Source of the DNA: an uncultured Acidobacteriota bacterium
GTDB lineage: Bacteria > Acidobacteriota > UBA6911 > RPQK01 > JAPXNP01
NCBI GenBank assembly: GCA_963777605.1
Contig: CAVZRV010000030.1
Coordinates: 192,001 to 256,000, forward strand
DNA: 64,000 nt
Direction: 5' to 3'
Shown here: one piece after another, positions 28,121 through 39,004 of the stretch
Position numbering within the stretch: the stretch's first letter is position 1
Layout: each line of letters starts with the position of its first letter
The notes under the pieces: generated by a model
Databases searched by the model: none
Told to the model about the DNA's origin: nothing
Seen by the model: the letters and a program-made list of their open reading frames with translations, nothing else
Made by a program: the position numbers and the translations under genes

Positions 28121-30157
28121 ATGAGGTTACAACTCCGCTTTGGAAGCATTTTCTCAAAGCTGACAATCCCGGTTTTGGGTTTGGTGGCTCTCGCATTTAC
28201 GGTTCTCGGGGTGATGGATTGGAACTTCCGATCTGCCAGTAACGAGGAACGTCTCGAGGTACAGACCGGAACTCTCGCGGGTGTGCTCGAATCTACGATT
28301 TACAACGCGATGGTAAAGGCGGACATGGATTCCGCCCAAGAGACTTTCCGGCGACTCAAGGAAGAGAAGGACATCCGCTGGGCATTCCTCCTGGACGAGG
28401 ACGGCGAGACTCAGCTCTCCTCCGATTCGAGCCGGTCTGAGTCCTTCGAACTGGACAAGTTTGCAACGGAGGGCACTTATTTCGAACCCCGGCAGGCGCA
28501 GGACGGCAACCCGTTCCTGCTCGCAGTCCGGCCTTTCCATGCTGATGCGGTGTGTCTCGATTGTCACAGCGACAAAAAGGTCGGTGACGTGCTTGGATAC
28601 GTTGGACTGGAGAAGTGGACCACCGCGGAAGCCGCGGAGTTGCGCTCGTCAACCCGGCGGGCTGCCGTCACGAGCGTGGTGCTTCTGGCCCTCCTCGCAG
28701 GAGTCCTGGTCTATCTGATCCGCTCCGTTACAGGGCCATTGGGGGAGATGGCCCGGGCTGCGGAGGGGATCTCGAAGGGCGACCTCAATCAGACCATCAA
28801 GTTCGATTCTCAAGATGAGATGGGAACTCTGGCGAAGTCGTTTCGGGCTCTCATAGAGTACATCCACTCCGTTGCGGTTTCGGCCGACAGCCTCAAGCGG
28901 GGCGACCTGGACGACCGCCTCGAGGTCCGGAGCAATGCCGACGAGTTGTCGAGAAATATCAACGCTGCGACGGAAACCTTGAACGAAGTCGTCTCCGAAA
29001 TGCGGCAGGTGATTTCGGGGGTCCGGGAAGGAGAGCTCGGCGTGCGCGCCTCAGCGGAGAAGTTCGAAGGCGGGTACCAGGAGATGCTTTCCGGCTTCAA
29101 CCAGGCGCTGGACGCCATCGTCGTCCCCGTCGAGGAAGCGGGGCGAGTCCTGGTGCAAATCGCGGACCGTGACTTGACCAGCCGAATGGTGGGTGACTAC
29201 CGTGGTGCATTTCTCGACATGAAAACTGCGTTCAATACTGCGGCGACAAACCTGGGCGAGAGCCTCCATTCGGTGATCGAGGCGGCGCGGCAGGTTTCCG
29301 TTGCTGCCACTGAGATTGACTCCAGCAGTCAATCACTGGCCCAGGGGGCTTCGGAACAGGCCAGTTCGTTCGAAGAAATCTCGGCGACCCTGGAGGAGGT
29401 CAACTCAATGGCGGCGGCCAACTCCAAGGGAGCCAAAGAGGCGGAAAAGGATGCCGGACGCGTACGTGCGGCGATGACCGATGGAGTCAATGGGGTCCGG
29501 AGCCTGGCCCAGGCGATGGAGAAGATCAAAGAGTCCTCCAATCAGACCGCCCGGATCGTCAAGACGATCGATGAGATCGCGTTCCAGACCAACCTGCTGG
29601 CTCTCAATGCAGCCGTCGAGGCGGCCCGCGCCGGTGAGGCCGGAAAAGGATTCGCCGTGGTCGCCGAAGAAGTCCGAAACCTGGCCATGCGGAGCGCCGA
29701 CGCCGCCCGCGAGACTTCGCTGCTGATCGAGTCTGCCGTCGAAAGTGCCGACACTGGCTTTGAACTGAATCGATCTTCGCTGGAAACCCTCGAGCGGGTC
29801 AACGAGATGGTCGGTGAAGTGAGTAGACGGGTGACCGATATTGCGGAATCGTCGGAACGTCAGCGCGAGAATGTCCAGAATGTGACCGAGGCGCTCGGCC
29901 AGGTCAACCAGGTGACTCAGACCACGTCCGCCACGGCGGAACAGTCGTCCGGCCTCTCGAACGAACTTGCCCACCGCGCCGGTGAGATGACCTCGCTGGT
30001 GGCGCAGTTCAAGATCGACGACAAAGACAAGTCGGACTCCGCACGCGGCCGGAAACAGGTTCGGGCCACGAACTCTCAGCCGAAGGTGACCCCTTCGATT
30101 CCTCCCGCTGCCCGTTCGATGCCGGACGGGTCGGGGGATTCACTGAGATTTTTCTGA
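28121..30157 (+). CDS. Methyl-accepting chemotaxis protein with a periplasmic c-type heme motif
   Basis: Two TMs around a sensor domain containing CLDCH; several HAMP domains; [34 protein letters not shown] signalling hairpin. Confidence 0.95.
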   Translation: MRLQLRFGSIFSKLTIPVLGLVALAFTVLGVMDWNFRSASNEERLEVQTGTLAGVLESTIYNAMVKADMDSAQETFRRLKEEKDIRWAFLLDEDGETQLSSDSSRSESFELDKFATEGTYFEPRQAQDGNPFLLAVRPFHADAVCLDCHSDKKVGDVLGYVGLEKWTTAEAAELRSSTRRAAVTSVVLLALLAGVLVYLIRSVTGPLGEMARAAEGISKGDLNQTIKFDSQDEMGTLAKSFRALIEYIHSVAVSADSLKRGDLDDRLEVRSNADELSRNINAATETLNEVVSEMRQVISGVREGELGVRASAEKFEGGYQEMLSGFNQALDAIVVPVEEAGRVLVQIADRDLTSRMVGDYRGAFLDMKTAFNTAATNLGESLHSVIEAARQVSVAATEIDSSSQSLAQGASEQASSFEEISATLEEVNSMAAANSKGAKEAEKDAGRVRAAMTDGVNGVRSLAQAMEKIKESSNQTARIVKTIDEIAFQTNLLALNAAVEAARAGEAGKGFAVVAEEVRNLAMRSADAARETSLLIESAVESADTGFELNRSSLETLERVNEMVGEVSRRVTDIAESSERQRENVQNVTEALGQVNQVTQTTSATAEQSSGLSNELAHRAGEMTSLVAQFKIDDKDKSDSARGRKQVRATNSQPKVTPSIPPAARSMPDGSGDSLRFF

Positions 30158-30982
30158 TCGATTTGCCTCGACGTAGCGGGCGATCCGGTCGACAGTTTCG
30201 ATCCAGACGCCCGAATGCGGGTCTGAGGAATATCGAGAGATCTGTTCCAGCGTGTCGGTGAGAGTTGTTTGTGAGTGGGATTCGGGCCCGATGTCGTGTC
30301 CGCAGAAGATCAGCCAGGCTCCCTGGGAAGCCGCTGACTCAATGAGCGTTCGGGCCTGCTCGAAGTTCAGTCCATCGAGTTCCATTCCGAGAAGCTGGGC
30401 CAGGTCACAGAAATTCGGATCGTTCGGTCCCTCGTCACGCCAACCCCTGCCGGCCAGAAATCGCTCGGCGACAACGGGTACGTAACTCCGGGTGAGCCGG
30501 CCCCGCCCCACGAATTTCTGCCCGCAGGGGTATGCGAACGTGGTCGGAGTTATGCCCAGCAGGTTGGTGATGGAACGGTTGGCCAGGTCGATCTCTTCCG
30601 CGATACTCTTCAGATCCTGATTCTCCAGGGCGCGATCCCGTGACCACTGGAAGTTCCCCGTGCACGGGTGATGCTCACTATGGTTGCCCAATTCGTGGCC
30701 GGTCACTGCCGCCTTCTTCCAATCGGCGGCCCGGCCGCGAGCCGGTCCTGCCTGGACATAGAAAGTGGCGTGAACACCGTAACGGTCCAGAATTGGAACG
30801 CCGTTATCGAGTTGGCTGGGACGCGCGTCATCGAAGCTCAGGCTGAGGGCTACCCGCTTGCCGTCGGGCCAGGGGAAGGGACCCGATTTTGTCCCGGTTT
30901 CTGAGTTTCCGTACTGGCCAAACATGACTGTTCCTCCCACCAAGGTAACTCCTGCAAGTGCCCAGACTAGACGATGAACCAT
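30140..30982 (-). CDS. Exported polysaccharide deacetylase (CE4/NodB)
   Basis: [28 protein letters not shown]; start ATG 30982 with GGAGGAG RBS. Confidence 0.88.
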   Translation of the reverse strand: MVHRLVWALAGVTLVGGTVMFGQYGNSETGTKSGPFPWPDGKRVALSLSFDDARPSQLDNGVPILDRYGVHATFYVQAGPARGRAADWKKAAVTGHELGNHSEHHPCTGNFQWSRDRALENQDLKSIAEEIDLANRSITNLLGITPTTFAYPCGQKFVGRGRLTRSYVPVVAERFLAGRGWRDEGPNDPNFCDLAQLLGMELDGLNFEQARTLIESAASQGAWLIFCGHDIGPESHSQTTLTDTLEQISRYSSDPHSGVWIETVDRIARYVEANRSEKSQ

Positions 30983-31054
30983 TACTCCTCCTACTGATGC
31001 GGCAGCGGCGCCGATTGCAGCTGCCCTTGGTTTGCCATTAGGATTATCTCTCAA

Positions 31055-33762
31055 ATGGTCAACAAGAGATTGCTCAAACTGACGCTGCTCCTGCTTCTCT
31101 GGGCCTGTTCCACCCCGGTATCACTCCTGGCGGCGGACAATGGGACCCGCTGGACTCCGGACGACCTTTTGCTTGCCGAGCGGGCGGGGGATTACCAGAT
31201 CTCCCCGGACGGCAGTTGGCTGGTCTGGGTGAAAGCCCAGATGGACAAGGAAAAGGGCCGCACGATTTCCAACCTCGTGTTGAGCTCCCTGAAATCCGAC
31301 CAGGAGGTTCCCTTGACCCGGGGGCAATACTCACACCGCAATCCCCGTTGGTCACCCGACGGCAAGAGGATTGCCTTTCTCTCATCGCGACCGGCTCCCG
31401 GCAAGGACGGTGACGAAGGGAACAGCACGGCCATCTGGATGCTGAACCTTGCCGGCGGTGAACCCTGGCCGGTCAGCGACATCGACCGGGACATTAACGA
31501 ATTCGAGTGGAAAGACGATGACACCATCGTTTTCACCGCTGAAGAAGACCCCGCTCTGTACGAGCAGGAGGTCAAAAAGAGGAAGGACAACTCCAGGGTA
31601 ATCGATGATGCCGAGCACACCCCCCCTGTACGCATCTTCGTTCTCCACTTGAAGGACAAGTCGGTCACCAGGTTGACCCACAATGACGACTGGGTTCGGG
31701 GTATCAGCGTTTCTCCGGACGGGAAATGGGTCGTGTCCGTCCATCAGCGGAGCCTGAGCTACTCTTTTGACCAGAAAATCACGCCCTCCCTCGATCTGAC
31801 CAGTGTCGATTCGGGCGAGGTTCGCGAAATCGATCCCGGCAAGCGCCTGGCTTTGAGAGGGGTCGAGTGGGCCCGGGACTCATCGGGGTTCTACTATGAG
31901 ACGGAATATTCCACTGACCCGCTCTATTTCACCGCTACGATCACGAAGCTCCACTACCACGACCTCGCAACGGCGGGCACGGTGGAGATTGACCTCGATT
32001 GGGGCGACCGGGGAATTGGGGATGCCGTCGAGGCGACGACCGACGGGTTTATCGCCCTGCTCGCCGACGGAGTGCGGTACCGGCCGGCGCACTATGTGAA
32101 GAATGGGCTTGCCTGGTCGCGAAGCGACATTTCGGCGGAGCACCAGAAGAACATCTGGGGATGGAAGGTGGGACCGGACGGAAAGACCGTTGTCTACGAG
32201 TACAGCACCGCAGCAATCCCGGAGCAGCTTTATCGTGGTGTCTTTTCCGGAACAAGCCTGGATGGGCCGGTGCAGGTGACCCATCTGAACCCGTCCTATG
32301 AAAAGAAGCCCCGTGAGCGGGTGGAGATCATCAGCTGGAAAGGTGCCGACGGCGACCAGGTCGAAGGCTTGCTCTACTATCCGTTCGACTACAAGGAGGG
32401 CAAGCGCTATCCTCTTATGCTGGCCATTCACGGTGGCCCCGCCGGATTTGATGGCGACTCCTGGAGCGAATCCTGGGCTTATCCTCGAGTTCTCCTGGCC
32501 CAAAAGGGGGCCTTCGTCCTGAGCGTGAACTATCACGGCAGCGGTAACTACGGGCTGAAGTGGGTGGAGTCCATTTGCTGTGGCAAGTATTACGACCTCG
32601 AGAGAGTTGACCTGGAAGCCGGAGTCGATTACTTAATCGAAAAGGGGCTGGCCGACCCGGACCGTCTGGGATCGATGGGGTGGTCCAACGGCGCCATCTT
32701 GACCACCGAACTGGTCACCCGGAGCCATCGCTTCAAGGTGGCTTCAGCCGGGGCCGGCGACGTGGAGTGGATCAGCGACTGGGGCAATGTGATGTTCGGG
32801 GCCTCCTTCGACAATTACTACTTCGGGAAGCCCCCTTACGAGGATCCCGAACTTTACGTGAAAAAGTCACCCTATTTTCGCCTCAAGGATGACACGACTC
32901 CGACGATCCTCTACACGGGCACCGACGACGTCAACGTCCCGCCCAGCCAGAGTTGGTCCCACTTCAGGGTCCTCCAGCAGGCCACGAAAACGCCGGTCCG
33001 GTTCGTGGTGTTTCCCGGTGAGCCTCACGGGTTGCGGCAGTACCAGCACCAGAAACGCAAGCTCGACGAAGACCTGGCCTGGTTCGATCGCTATTTCTTC
33101 GAGACGCCGGACACCGGCAACCCCGCGGTCAAGGATGGGTCTCCGCTCCAGCGTTCGCTCAAGCTCACCAGGCGTCACGGTCGGGTGAGGTTTACGGTGT
33201 CCTGCAGAATGGCGTACTCGTCCCGGAGACGGTCTCATACAAGGGAGTCCAGATAGCCCGCTTCGAGGTTACCCGGGCCCAATACTCCGATTTTGCACCG
33301 GACTACCGGTTTCCCGAGGGCACTGGAAACTACCCCGCCAGTGGCATCACGTTCGACCGGGCGAAGGCCTATGCCGCATGGCTGTCCGAAAATACTGGAG
33401 AAACCTACGAACTACCTACCGTCGACGATGCGAGCCGGATCTACGGTTCGGGGAACGGTAACCAGAATACTCTGGACTACTGGGCCGGGTACTCTCCAAA
33501 TCCGGAGGATCGGGATCGACTTGCAGAAGCGGCGGCAAGTTTGGAAGGACCGGCTCCTCTGCTGTTGGAGGTGGGGCAGTTCCAGGGATCGGGTGACGAG
33601 GACCTGGTCTTTGACCTGGGTGGCAACGTTGCGGAGTGGGTGATCGGAGAGAGCGGCTCCGGACTCCTGAAAGGCGGAAGCGCCGATCTTCCAGCGAAGA
33701 CAAAGGAAGAAGATCTCAAGGCTTCGGAAAGCTACCGGGGTTTTCGAATCGTCAAGCGATAG
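31055..33762 (+). pseudogene. S9 family peptidase fused to an FGE-sulfatase (SUMF1-like) domain, interrupted by a 1-nt frameshift near 33170
   Basis: Frame 2: signal peptide, PD40 propeller, IHGGP, GWSNG nucleophile, D, EPHG. Frame 1 continues FEVTRAQY...ITFDRAKAYAAWL..TGETYELPT...DLGGNVAEW...GFRIVKR* to 33762. May be a sequencing error. Confidence 0.8.
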
Positions 33763-33897
33763 GGCGCCAGAACCGGGAGCCGGGAATCTGGCTCCCGCTG
33801 CAGACGTTAGCCTCGCCTCCCGCGGAGCGTTCGGATGATTCATAAGGCGAAATTTGGCAAGGGTGTTTTGAGCCGCGGAGGCTCAAACTGTCTCAGG

Positions 33898-36345
33898 CTA
33901 GGGCCGGGCGGCAAGGTATCCCCAGACGTACGAAACCGTCCCCATGGTCTGCTGAGGGGTCCAGTCGGTCATCGCGGGCCAGCGGTAAACGTCGAAGTAT
34001 GCTTCCGTCAGGGGCCAGCTCAAAGGATCGGGGACACAGGCCGTTCCCAGTTCATGACGGAGTGGCCCGAGAGCCTTCTCGTCGCCGTGCTGGCGGGCGT
34101 AGTCGAACTGACCGTAAACGGTGATGCCGGAAGGTGCGTTCTGCCCGGAAACCCGGCTGTCGATGTGAAACGGGTTTCGAAGCGGGTTGATCCCCAGGCC
34201 GGTGGTGTAGACCAGGTTGGAGGGATTGGCTCCCAGTGAGTACTGCGTCGCGCGGACGATTGCCTCCAGGTAACGCACCTCGCCGGTCAGGTAGTGTGCT
34301 CGACAAAGCTGTACGACGTCCGGTGTACTGAAAAAACCGTCTCCTGGCGGGCGATCAGGATCGGATGAGGTGAGGCCAAATGCGCTGTCAGTCTGGAACT
34401 CGAGGGCCCGTTCAGCATCGGCGATTACCGCCGCCCGTGCCTTCTTGCGGAGGTCCGGGTCGGTCAGGGTTTCGTCCATCGTGGCGTAAAGAAAGGCGGC
34501 GTCTCCGACGTTCGCGTCCATTAACGGATCGGCGGTGTCCGGGTTTTCGAGAACGGGTTCCTCGCGGAAGACCATGTGCCATCTCGGGTCTTGGGTCAGC
34601 CGATAGAGCTCGAGTGCTGCCAGTTGCCGTTCATACCGGACGGTTTCAGGCTTTCGAGGAATCGACGAATCATTCAGCCAGTCCGGGTAGCGCTTCTCGG
34701 CCCACTCCATGGCCATGAGGGCGGTTCGACGATAGGCCGGAGCGCTGACGTCCATTCGTTGTTCGAGAAGGAAGGCGGCACGGGCGGCCAACCCGGCATA
34801 ATAGTAGCTCGACCAGATGTCGGGGGCGAAGGCCAGCACCGTGAGGGATTCCTGCCAGCTGGCTTCCCCGGCTCTGGGACTGGCTTCGGCTTCGATCCCT
34901 CCCCGGACACCTCCGTCAGGCTCCTGCATCCGCCGGTAGCAGCTGACGTTGAAGATCGCTTCGTCCAGGATGTCCGGAAGCGAGTTGCCCGATTCCGGGA
35001 TTTCGAGGTCGAGAGATGCGAAGTAAGTGGGGAACAGGGTGAGCAGTTCCAGTTGAAGGCGGCTGGGGCGCAGGTGGACGATCCGGCGATCCCAGGCGCC
35101 CGAATCCTGGTAGCCTCCCCAGGCGTTGGTGACCAGCTTCTCGACCTTGCCTGCAACCAGGTTGCCGAATCTGTCCTTGTCGGTTCCCAGGCAGTTGAGG
35201 CCGTCGCCCGAATTCATCAAGGTCGTCGTCGAGTCCACCACGTTGAACCCGTCGCCGGAGTGATAGCCCATAGGGCGCCGGTAGCCGGTGAAGGGTTGTC
35301 CCAGTTCAATGCCGCTCCGAATGTGGTAAAAGCCTTTCATGCTGGTCTTGAAGGCGTCCAGCCAGGCACGTGGTCCCAGCTGAAACGGGTAACTGCAGCC
35401 GATGCCATCCACGCAGACCCGGTACCGGCCCTCCTCCGACAGATCGCCAAAGTCCAGTCGATAGACGGCCGTTCCGCTCGAGATCTGCGGTGAGGAGGGG
35501 GCGTCCGGGCCGTTCGCGCCACGAACCAGGAGTGACTGTCCCTGGTAGGCGGTAGCGCCCCGGTCATCGCTGACGACTCGGAACTTCGGAGGCTCGGGGT
35601 AGGTGTATCCGCCTCCGGTTCCGAGCCATACCGAGAGGAATGCAGTCTTGACCGGATCGTCGGGCCTGAACCCCACTTGCGAAACGTGGACCGCATCGCT
35701 CCGATTCTCCATCGGGCGATGCAGGTAGGTTACGGTGTCCGGAGTGACGTTGAGATTGCGAAAAGTGACCTGGTAGGAGGTGCCGTCCTGTAGACTGGCC
35801 GGAAGTTTCAGGTAGACGGTGTGTTCGACAGGCATTTCCCGCGTGGGCTCGACCCAGTTCGTCGGCCGGCTCTTGCGGAAGACTGCGACCGGAACGAGCG
35901 GTTTCTCGGACCCGGCTTCATCGGTCCAGGTGACCGCGTAGTTCGCCGGGTTTGCCAGTTGATCGGCGTCGAGTGCCTCGCCCCGGATCTTCTCGAACAG
36001 GGTCAGTGTCTTTTGATCTTTGCCGGCAATCCAGCCGATCGGATTGCCGTCCCGAAACAGGGTGCGGGCGACGACAATCCCCCGTTCGTTGGTCTCCTCG
36101 TGAATCTGATCGTCCGGTTCGGCTTCGTAGGGGACCTGGGAGTGCGGTTGGACCCATTGAGCCTGAATGGAAATGGCCAGGATATCGGGAGCGACAGCCC
36201 CGGTACGGACGACCGTCGGGACCTCCGGACGGAGGTCTTGAGTAAGCGCCGGTTCGGTTGCGCGGTCGGAATCCCAGCCGCAGGAGGGGAGAAGCAACGT
36301 GATCGAGATCAACAGCAACAGGCACCGGCAGAATTTCAGTTCCAT
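33898..36345 (-). CDS. Glycoside hydrolase family 9-like lipoprotein with an N-terminal Ig-like (CelD_N) domain
   Basis: Lipobox-like LLPSC; VHVSQVGF, GIGCSYPF, FYHIRSG, WGGYQDSGAWD, PESGNSLPDILDE, LGANPSNLVYTTGLG; start set at ATG 36345. Confidence 0.85.
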   Translation of the reverse strand: MELKFCRCLLLLISITLLLPSCGWDSDRATEPALTQDLRPEVPTVVRTGAVAPDILAISIQAQWVQPHSQVPYEAEPDDQIHEETNERGIVVARTLFRDGNPIGWIAGKDQKTLTLFEKIRGEALDADQLANPANYAVTWTDEAGSEKPLVPVAVFRKSRPTNWVEPTREMPVEHTVYLKLPASLQDGTSYQVTFRNLNVTPDTVTYLHRPMENRSDAVHVSQVGFRPDDPVKTAFLSVWLGTGGGYTYPEPPKFRVVSDDRGATAYQGQSLLVRGANGPDAPSSPQISSGTAVYRLDFGDLSEEGRYRVCVDGIGCSYPFQLGPRAWLDAFKTSMKGFYHIRSGIELGQPFTGYRRPMGYHSGDGFNVVDSTTTLMNSGDGLNCLGTDKDRFGNLVAGKVEKLVTNAWGGYQDSGAWDRRIVHLRPSRLQLELLTLFPTYFASLDLEIPESGNSLPDILDEAIFNVSCYRRMQEPDGGVRGGIEAEASPRAGEASWQESLTVLAFAPDIWSSYYYAGLAARAAFLLEQRMDVSAPAYRRTALMAMEWAEKRYPDWLNDSSIPRKPETVRYERQLAALELYRLTQDPRWHMVFREEPVLENPDTADPLMDANVGDAAFLYATMDETLTDPDLRKKARAAVIADAERALEFQTDSAFGLTSSDPDRPPGDGFFSTPDVVQLCRAHYLTGEVRYLEAIVRATQYSLGANPSNLVYTTGLGINPLRNPFHIDSRVSGQNAPSGITVYGQFDYARQHGDEKALGPLRHELGTACVPDPLSWPLTEAYFDVYRWPAMTDWTPQQTMGTVSYVWGYLAARP

Positions 36346-36531
36346 CTGAACCGAATACCCTGCTTTGGGTGCCTGCGTCAACCGAACCGGCATCCAGCTC
36401 CGACCATGGAAATGAAAACATCTTTGCCGGATCCGTGGGGAGCGACGGGCAGTTTTCTCGGTTGCCCAGTTCACAGCAGGGCAGCGGTCCCGGTGTGAAC
36501 TGGCATTCCATCATGCACCGGATCACCCGGT

Positions 36532-36909
36532 TCAGTGACAGCCTCCCTGGTGGCCATGCCCGGCACAGGAATCCAGTTCGTTTACCGGTCTCAGTTGGCC
36601 GGAAGTGAGGCCTTTCAGGGCGTCCTCCACGGTTCCATTGTTGGAGGAATAGACTGGGATTCCGGCCTGCCTCAGTGCAGACAGGGCCCCCCGCCCAATT
36701 CCCCCGACGACGACGGCATCGACTTCCCGGCCGGTCAGGTGGGAGAGCGGGCTGCAATGGCCGTGCTCGTGATGGTCCGACTGGTTGTCGATAGCTTCGA
36801 GAATTTCACCTGTTTCGTCAACGAGAAGAAATCCCGGAGCTGATCCAAAGTGCCCATAGACGGCACTGTCCAGCCCGTAGTTGGTAGCGATAGGAATCAG
36901 TATTTTCAT
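36532..36909 (-). CDS. NifB/NifX (FeMo-cofactor-binding fold) family protein
   Basis: HFGSAPGFLLVD, AVVVGGIGRGA; His/Cys-rich segments HHEHGHC and CAGHGHQGGCH. Confidence 0.88.
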   Translation of the reverse strand: MKILIPIATNYGLDSAVYGHFGSAPGFLLVDETGEILEAIDNQSDHHEHGHCSPLSHLTGREVDAVVVGGIGRGALSALRQAGIPVYSSNNGTVEDALKGLTSGQLRPVNELDSCAGHGHQGGCH

Positions 36910-37364
36910 CGGTTGTCTCCTTCGACCTGGCTTGAGCCGGATCGATCTCTATCCGTTTCACGTTTGAGCGAGTTTCGTGCTTCCTGGGCTTGTTGACACC
37001 GCCGGCGACGCCGATCGCATTCATGATCGGTCCACGTCCCGTTGTCCTCTTTCCTGCCATCGGGAGCAGGCTTTTCCATCGAGACAACGCCTCCTTCGAT
37101 CTTGAGCGCCGTGCCCCGGACCAGAAATCGGGCCACCTTTCGTCGAGCCTCCGCGACGAGCCTGGAAAAGGTTGGGCGCGATATCCCCATCTGCTCGGCG
37201 GCAGCCTCCTGGTAGAGTCCCTCGTGATCGGCCAACCGGAGAGCTTCAAACTCGTCCAGAGTCAGGTTGACCTCTTCGAGGACCCGCATCGGGACACCTT
37301 GCGGCTTGAAGTATGCCGCACCAGGTTCTGCGTTCACTTTTCTGCAGCAACAGGGCCTAGCCAT
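36906..37364 (-). CDS. DUF134 family predicted DNA-binding protein
   Basis: MARPCCCR, YFKPQG, LDEFEALRLAD, QEAAAEQMGISRPTFSR (HTH), ARRKVA. Confidence 0.9.
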   Translation of the reverse strand: MARPCCCRKVNAEPGAAYFKPQGVPMRVLEEVNLTLDEFEALRLADHEGLYQEAAAEQMGISRPTFSRLVAEARRKVARFLVRGTALKIEGGVVSMEKPAPDGRKEDNGTWTDHECDRRRRRCQQAQEARNSLKRETDRDRSGSSQVEGDNR

Positions 37365-37382
37365 GAAAGGATAATTTTATTA

Positions 37383-37396
37383 TGAACATATGTTCA
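37383..37396. promoter_or_regulatory. Perfect 14-bp palindrome, putative operator upstream of DUF134
   Basis: TGAACATATGTTCA with ATT/AAT flanks, in an AT-rich stretch 18 bp upstream of the DUF134 start. Confidence 0.7.
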
Positions 37397-37635
37397 GAAT
37401 CAACTATGAAAATACCGGGCGTGCAAAGATTTTCAGTGTCTTGAAACCATAAGAACTTTGCCGTCCTTAGTGACTTCGTGGTTTGGAAAATCGATCAAAA
37501 TCGCGGTTGCGGTGACAGGGTTGCCCGCGAACGACCGGGAAAGCCGGCGCGGGCTGAGGTCGAATTGTTGGGATCGGATCTCCTGTAGACTGGGACGGGC
37601 TCAATGCTGCATCACCGGTGGAGGGAGGTATCTGA

Positions 37636-38358
37636 GTGCCCGAGTGGTTGAAAGCGGATCTGCATACTCACACTGCTGAAGACCCCGTTGACGGGGGGCG
37701 GATGGTGACCATCCCCGCGAAGACCCTGATCCGGAAGTGTGCAGAGGCGGGATTCCAAGTCCTGGCAATTACCAACCACAACCATCTCCACTTCTCCGAA
37801 GAGCTAAGCGACTATGCCCGCGACCTGGGGGTTCTCCTTATTCCCGCTGTAGAAGCCACCATCGAACGGCGTCACATTCTCCTCTACAATTTCCCGGACT
37901 ATCGGCCGTCCTGGCGAAAAGTCAGCGACGTGCGGAAGGCGAAGGGGCCCGAACAGATGGTAATTGCCCCTCACCCCTTCTACCCGGTCAGGTCAGCACT
38001 GCGCAGGAAGTTTTTCGAATGGATCGACCTCTTTGACGCTGTGGAGCTGAGTTCGCTCTTCATGACGGGCCTCGACTTCAACTGCCGGGCCCGAAAGGAG
38101 GCCGCCCGGGCGGGCCTTCCCCTGGTAGCCAACAACGATCTTCATTTCCTCTCCCAGTTGGGCGTGAACTACTCCGAAATATACGCTGAGCCTTCGGTAG
38201 AATCGGTGATCAAGGCCGTGAAGCAGGGCAACGTCCGTGCGGTGACGGGCCGTTCCGGGTTCTGGTTTGTCACCCGCTGGTTCTTCCAGATGTTCAGCAA
38301 TCAGACCCGGTTTGCGCTGGCCTCAAGCCGGAACGCGTGCCTGCCGGGGATGGAATAG
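37636..38358 (+). CDS. PHP domain metal-dependent phosphoesterase
   Basis: ADLHTHT, AITNHN, AVE, IAPHPF, NNDLH. Confidence 0.88.
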   Translation: MPEWLKADLHTHTAEDPVDGGRMVTIPAKTLIRKCAEAGFQVLAITNHNHLHFSEELSDYARDLGVLLIPAVEATIERRHILLYNFPDYRPSWRKVSDVRKAKGPEQMVIAPHPFYPVRSALRRKFFEWIDLFDAVELSSLFMTGLDFNCRARKEAARAGLPLVANNDLHFLSQLGVNYSEIYAEPSVESVIKAVKQGNVRAVTGRSGFWFVTRWFFQMFSNQTRFALASSRNACLPGME

Positions 38359-38913
38359 AAGCCTCAGGAACCGGAAGAAGATATAGATCACGGAGAGGAA
38401 TAGCCCCATCAGAGCCAGGCCGACCCCAATCGCGAGGTAAGGATGGTGGCTCATCAGCCACAAGATTCCGAGGCTGACTCCGTCCTCCAGAAAACTGAGC
38501 GTCCAGTTGCTGAAAGGTTCGGGGCTTGCGTTCACCGCAAGTCGCGTGCTCGCCTTGGCCCCGTGCGCGGACAAGCTGACGAAGCCACCCAGAAGCGCGA
38601 CGATCCACGTCCAGTGGGAAGGCATTCCGCTCATGGCTCCGACGGCGAGAATGGCCCCGGCCGGGGTACGAATGAAGGTGTGAACCGCATCCCAAGTGCT
38701 GTCGACGTAGGGAATCTTGTCGGCGATGAACTCGATTATGAACAGGGCACCGGCTGCCGTAAGAACCCAGGGATTGGAGAGAACCTGGAGATCGCTGGGC
38801 AGATGGATGACATTGAAACGATTCAGCAACCCGAGGCTGAGCACGGTCAGGTAGAGATTCAGTCCTGCGGCCAGACTGGAGCCGAACGCCAGAGCGAGTT
38901 GTGAAATGTCCAT
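38323..38913 (-). CDS. DUF4126 family membrane protein
   Basis: AAGLNLY, EFIADKIPYVDSTWDAVHTFIR, SPEPFSNWTLSFLED. Confidence 0.88.
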   Translation of the reverse strand: MDISQLALAFGSSLAAGLNLYLTVLSLGLLNRFNVIHLPSDLQVLSNPWVLTAAGALFIIEFIADKIPYVDSTWDAVHTFIRTPAGAILAVGAMSGMPSHWTWIVALLGGFVSLSAHGAKASTRLAVNASPEPFSNWTLSFLEDGVSLGILWLMSHHPYLAIGVGLALMGLFLSVIYIFFRFLRLLFHPRQARVPA

Positions 38914-39004
38914 TGCCTAATCTTTACGAAGTTCCGGCCGGATTTGTTCGACTCCCGCAGTCCTCTACGGCGACCGGCCTTGGGGCCGAAGCTGGGTCGG
39001 CCAG

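Noticed and set aside
29540-29710. DNA similarity to about 55840-56000 as a repeat or duplication
   Set aside because: Explained by the conserved MCP signalling hairpin shared by two paralogues.
33160-33180. Programmed -1 ribosomal frameshift
   Set aside because: No X XXY YYZ slippery site or clear stimulatory structure at the junction; a single-base indel is simpler.
33541-33762. 73-aa ORF as an independent gene
   Set aside because: It is the tail of the frameshifted FGE domain of the upstream peptidase.
36532-36909. Nitrogen fixation implied by the NifB/NifX-like gene
   Set aside because: No nifHDK or nifEN nearby; this fold is widespread in non-diazotrophs.
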